Source: Lama glama
Lineage: Eukaryota
NCBI GenBank assembly: GCA_028534125.1
Contig: CM052827.1
Span: forward strand, 39,866,001-39,930,000
Reading direction: 5' to 3'
DNA length: 64,000 nucleotides
Shown piece by piece: positions 60,103 through 64,000 of the stretch. The position numbers and the translations under genes are program-made. Under the pieces are notes generated by a model. It worked only from the letters and a program-made list of their open reading frames with translations, was not told the DNA's origin and did no database searches. Numbering within the stretch: the first letter of the stretch is position 1; the number at the start of each line of letters is the position of its first letter.

Positions 60103-61510
60103 AACAAGATATTTTGTAGGAGTTTTGGTGAAAGGTGCAGCCAGTTAAGATGTTTGGAGATTTATCTTAAACACCTTGATATTAATAATGATAATGATAA
60201 TATATAAAGATACTCTGTTACTCTTTACATATGTGTATATGTGGAGGAGGCATTTTATGTAGGGGGATTTCTGTAAGGGACAGCCGCCAAATACATGGCT
60301 ATGAGTTGTGTTTCTTTAATAATGATAGAATAGTTCTTTAAAATTTCATAATAATATCAAGGATAATATAAGAACAATAAACCCCTTACTTTGTTAATTT
60401 CTTATTTTTGACAACATTTTACGTAGAAGGATTTCAGTGAGAAGCGCATACGTTAAAGTGCTTTTGAAATTAAAATCCATTTATTCAGGGAGTAATATTA
60501 ATGGAATCTCTTATGTGCTGGTTGAAATATTTCTTAATGAGTTAAATTTTTCTAATTAAGATATTGATTTACTCTTGATAAATGTGTTGATAATGTATGT
60601 ATTTCTTGGCATAGATTTCATTTCACAAGATTTCTGTGCTAGGATAATTAAGGAACCTATGAATATTTTTAATGAAATAAGTTTCTAGTGTTATTAATGA
60701 AAATATTAATAATATCTATCATCTTCCAAGTCCTGTTTGTCAGCAGATAATTTTAATGGATTTACGTGACTTAATCGATATTGAGATTTTATTTTCATAG
60801 CTAAACTCAGGTCACTTCTTAATAATAATAGTAAATGATAATAAGATTCTTTAGAGTATGATACCTGGTTTGGGTAGAGGGGTGAGGCAGAATTCAATTC
60901 ATTATGATTTCCATGAAATATTCTTTTGGGCAAGATAGTTTTCAAGTTTTTTTCCTCACCAATGATAGTTCTGAGGATTTGATGATTATATTAATGTCTG
61001 AACATGTTAAAATTCTTGTATGCCTGACAGAAGTTTTATGTGGGACATTTCTATGGAAGGAGGTTCTCTCTGGCGGATGAGGGGGTGCGAAGCATCTTTG
61101 AATGGCTGCTAATGACTAGGGTTTGTTTTTGGAGTGATGAATATATTCTGGAACTATGTAGCAGTGATTGAGAATATACTAAAAAACCACTGAATTTTAC
61201 ATTTTATTCATTTATTATTGTTTTTTATTTTTTTCATTTTTCAGTTTTATTAGGTAAAATTGATACAATCTGCACATATACAATATATTGCATTTAAATA
61301 ACATGTATACAATTTACTGCATGTATTTTTTTTAAAATTTATGTATACATACTATTCATTGTTTCTAAGAACAGTTCAGAGCTTTAGCTTTTTAAACTTA
61401 AATAGTTATCAAAGGAATAAAGCCAACCACAAAATAAGAATCAACAAAATGCAGTAATCCAATCATAAAGGACAGTCAAATGTGTTTACACATATTTAAG
61501 AAATCAGTCA

Positions 61511-62121
61511 TCTGTTATAAATAATAGTTGATTTGTGTACTTTTTTTTTCTTAAAGATTCAACATATAAGCAATATCATATGGCATTTTTCTTTCTCTTT
61601 CTGGCTTCACTTAGGATGACAATCTCCAGGTCCATCCACGTTGCTGAAAATGGCATTATTTTTCTTTTTTATGGCTGAGTGGAATTCCATTATATGTATA
61701 TGTCACATCTTCTTTATCCAGTCATCTGTTGATGGATATTTGGGTTGTTTCCATGTCTTGGTTATTGTAAATAGTGTTGCTGTGAACATTGGGGTGCATG
61801 TGTCTTTTTGAATTATATTTTTCTCCAAGTATATGCCCAGGAATGGGATTGCTGGATCATATGGTAAGTCTACTTTTAGTTCTCTGAGGAGCCTCCATAC
61901 TGTCCTCGATAGTGGCTGCACCAATTTACATTCCCACCAACAATGTAGGAGGGTTCCTTTTTCTCCACACCCTCTCCAGCATTTACTGTTTGNNNNNNNN
62001 NNNNNNNNNNNNNNNNNNNNNNNNNNNNNNNNNNNNNNNNNNNNNNNNNNNNNNNNNNNNNNNNNNNNNNNNNNNNNNNNNNNNNNNNNNNNNNNNNNNN
62101 NNNNNNNNNNNNNNNNNNNNN
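61511..62121 (-). mobile_element. Young L1 fragment (ORF2 end/3'UTR) within an older L1M 3' end
   Basis: Peptide [13 protein letters not shown]...CTPMFTATLFTITKTWKQPK...WIKKM; runs into an N gap. Confidence 0.85.
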
Positions 62122-63249
62122 ACGTTTTAAATAGGTGAATTTCATGATATATGAATTATCTCAATTTAAAAATATCCTATGCTACTAGTGACTAAATTCC
62201 CAATTCCCCCTCCAGAGGATAGTGATTTTTGCTCCAGAGGTGGAGTGTCCCCATTTGATTGGCCGTCACCAAACAGTACCAGACAATGTACACAGCCTGG
62301 ACCAGGACTGACCTGTGAGATGCATAACCTAATCTATGGCTTCTCAAATCCAAGATTTTTATCCCTGAGAGGGTCTGAGAACTAAGGGACCAGCTTGTTG
62401 GTACCCAAGGGGCCTCCAGGAAGAGGGCAGATGCCTTTCAGCAGAGGCACTGCTGGGACAGGGCAGTCAGATGCTCCAGCCCTGGACACCAAGCAAGATC
62501 CACTAGTCTTGCCACCCTGCACCAAACTCTCCAGGATCCGTGCTCTCAGCCCTGCTTTCAGGCTGTGGAGGCCTCAACCATGGCAACCTTGAAGGCTGCC
62601 ATAGGCTACGAAGCCCAGTGCACATCCATAATCAGCTCAGTCTGGTTTAAGAATAGGACATCAGATCACCCAGCTAAAGAAAGGGATATCGGACTCAAAG
62701 GAGATTCTGAACTGGTCAACATGGCTCACTTGGTCAGACACTGATCCTTACCTTTTTCTCCAGAGACTTAATCCCATTGCTTGCTTCAGAAGCAAATTTT
62801 ACCTTTTTCTCTAGAGAAGGTCATCCTATCTGTCTCCCTCCAGAGGTTGTAGGTAGACATGTAGATAATACAGATAAGAATAGAGGAGAGTGCGGAGGGG
62901 AGCTGAAGAGGTAGATGAGCAGTAGATACATATTCACATAGACCTATATGTATAAATGAAGATGGAGGTACAGATGTACATACCAGTGCAGAAGTAGATT
63001 GTAGACACATGTATAGTTTTCCCTTCACAGATAATCAGACTTATATTCATAACTTGAGAACTCTTTCAAAATATGCATTTGAAGTACAGGAAAGTGACTA
63101 GTGATACTAGGAGCTCTCATCTCTGCCTGCACATTTGACTCATCTGGGGGAACAATTTGAAAATCAAACGAGGCATGGTATCAACACGGTCAGGTAATTA
63201 TATCAGGTTTTGGATAGATTTGTACTGCTAATACGTGCACATATGCATG

Positions 63250-63900
63250 TAAGTTTTAATTCCCTAAGTGATTAATGAAGATACAGTTCATATTAGGAAA
63301 AATAGCTTGTGCTGAGTGTAATTTGGCCATAAATGCTGATGTTGGGGTATTCTGGCACATATGCTTCAGTGTATAAACACCTAGAAAACTCTTGCACACA
63401 GTGCACCCAGATACCAGTAAGGATGTCCACCTCATGACTATATTTGTACAAAACTGGTGTCTTTGTAGATCTAGATATATGTGTTCTGACCGCATTCCAA
63501 CACCTTCACAAGGAAAGTAAATAAAGCAAATATGACAAAACAAAGCAAATTGATAAATAATGAAAAAAAGTTGATATTTTAAGACATTTTTATTGCCAAG
63601 GTAAACCATATGCACCTTCATACACCAAAATCTATTTTTAGAAATTACCATTTCAAAAAAAGGGAGAAAACTGAGAATGAGAATGGTTATCCCAAGTTTT
63701 AGATTAACATATAATTTGTCTATAGTAAAAGGAATTTTATGGACATATATGTCCATATATGCAAACATAAGAAAAGCCTAAAAAAGTGGAAATAATATCA
63801 TTAGACTATGTTCAGTGATTATATGGTGTTGCTATTATAATTTCCTTGTAATTTTTGTATGTTTTAAATAGTCAAAGTAGAAATACATTTCTAAGTGAAG
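63250..63900 (+). mobile_element. Decayed L1ME 3' region
   Basis: gaaaactcttgcacacagtgcacccagatac and AT-rich tail. Confidence 0.5.
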
Positions 63901-64000
63901 GTTACTCAGAATTATGGATTTGTCCTAATCCATTTAATTATTCCCTTAATGAGGGATACTGAGGTAGTACCCAGTTCCCAATTTAAACCTCCAGAACTTC

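Noticed and set aside
62580-62744. VWFKNR homeodomain-like motif on the plus strand
   Set aside because: No helix 1/2 pattern upstream and no proper phase-0 acceptor; it is the opposite strand to the CPHX-like/DUXB genes I recall from syntenic regions. Likely chance.

Overview
Mammalian genomic DNA, very probably a camelid (four tRNA-Ala-derived Vic-1-type SINEs and young cetartiodactyl-type L1 3' ends). It covers the conserved ADAT1 - KARS1 - TERF2IP block. Three complete intron-containing genes were reconstructed by hand, all with GT-AG junctions and open frames. ADAT1 is on the minus strand (9 coding exons, 497 aa). KARS1 is on the minus strand (cytosolic isoform 597 aa; mitochondrial isoform 625 aa using cassette exon 2). 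TERF2IP/RAP1 is on the plus strand (3 exons, 398 aa), head-to-head with KARS1 across a CpG-island bidirectional promoter with 227 nt between the two ATGs. The rest is mostly transposon debris (L1, L2, HAL1, MIR, MER5/MER20/MER58, MaLR and ERV LTRs) with four assembly gaps, all in L1s. Repeat subfamily names are by-eye recognitions and their boundaries are approximate. I found no demonstrable new biological system. The best leads, all hypotheses, are: (1) tRNA-Ala SINE copies carrying G34 and T37, as expected if I34/m1I37-modified RNA was reverse-transcribed, one copy lying antisense in the likely ADAT1 3'UTR; (2) the KKWW-stop uORF in frame with the mitochondrial LysRS start; (3) a very decayed MIA3/MIA2-like retrocopy with an apparently duplicated coiled-coil; (4) an L1-mRNA chimeric retro-insertion.
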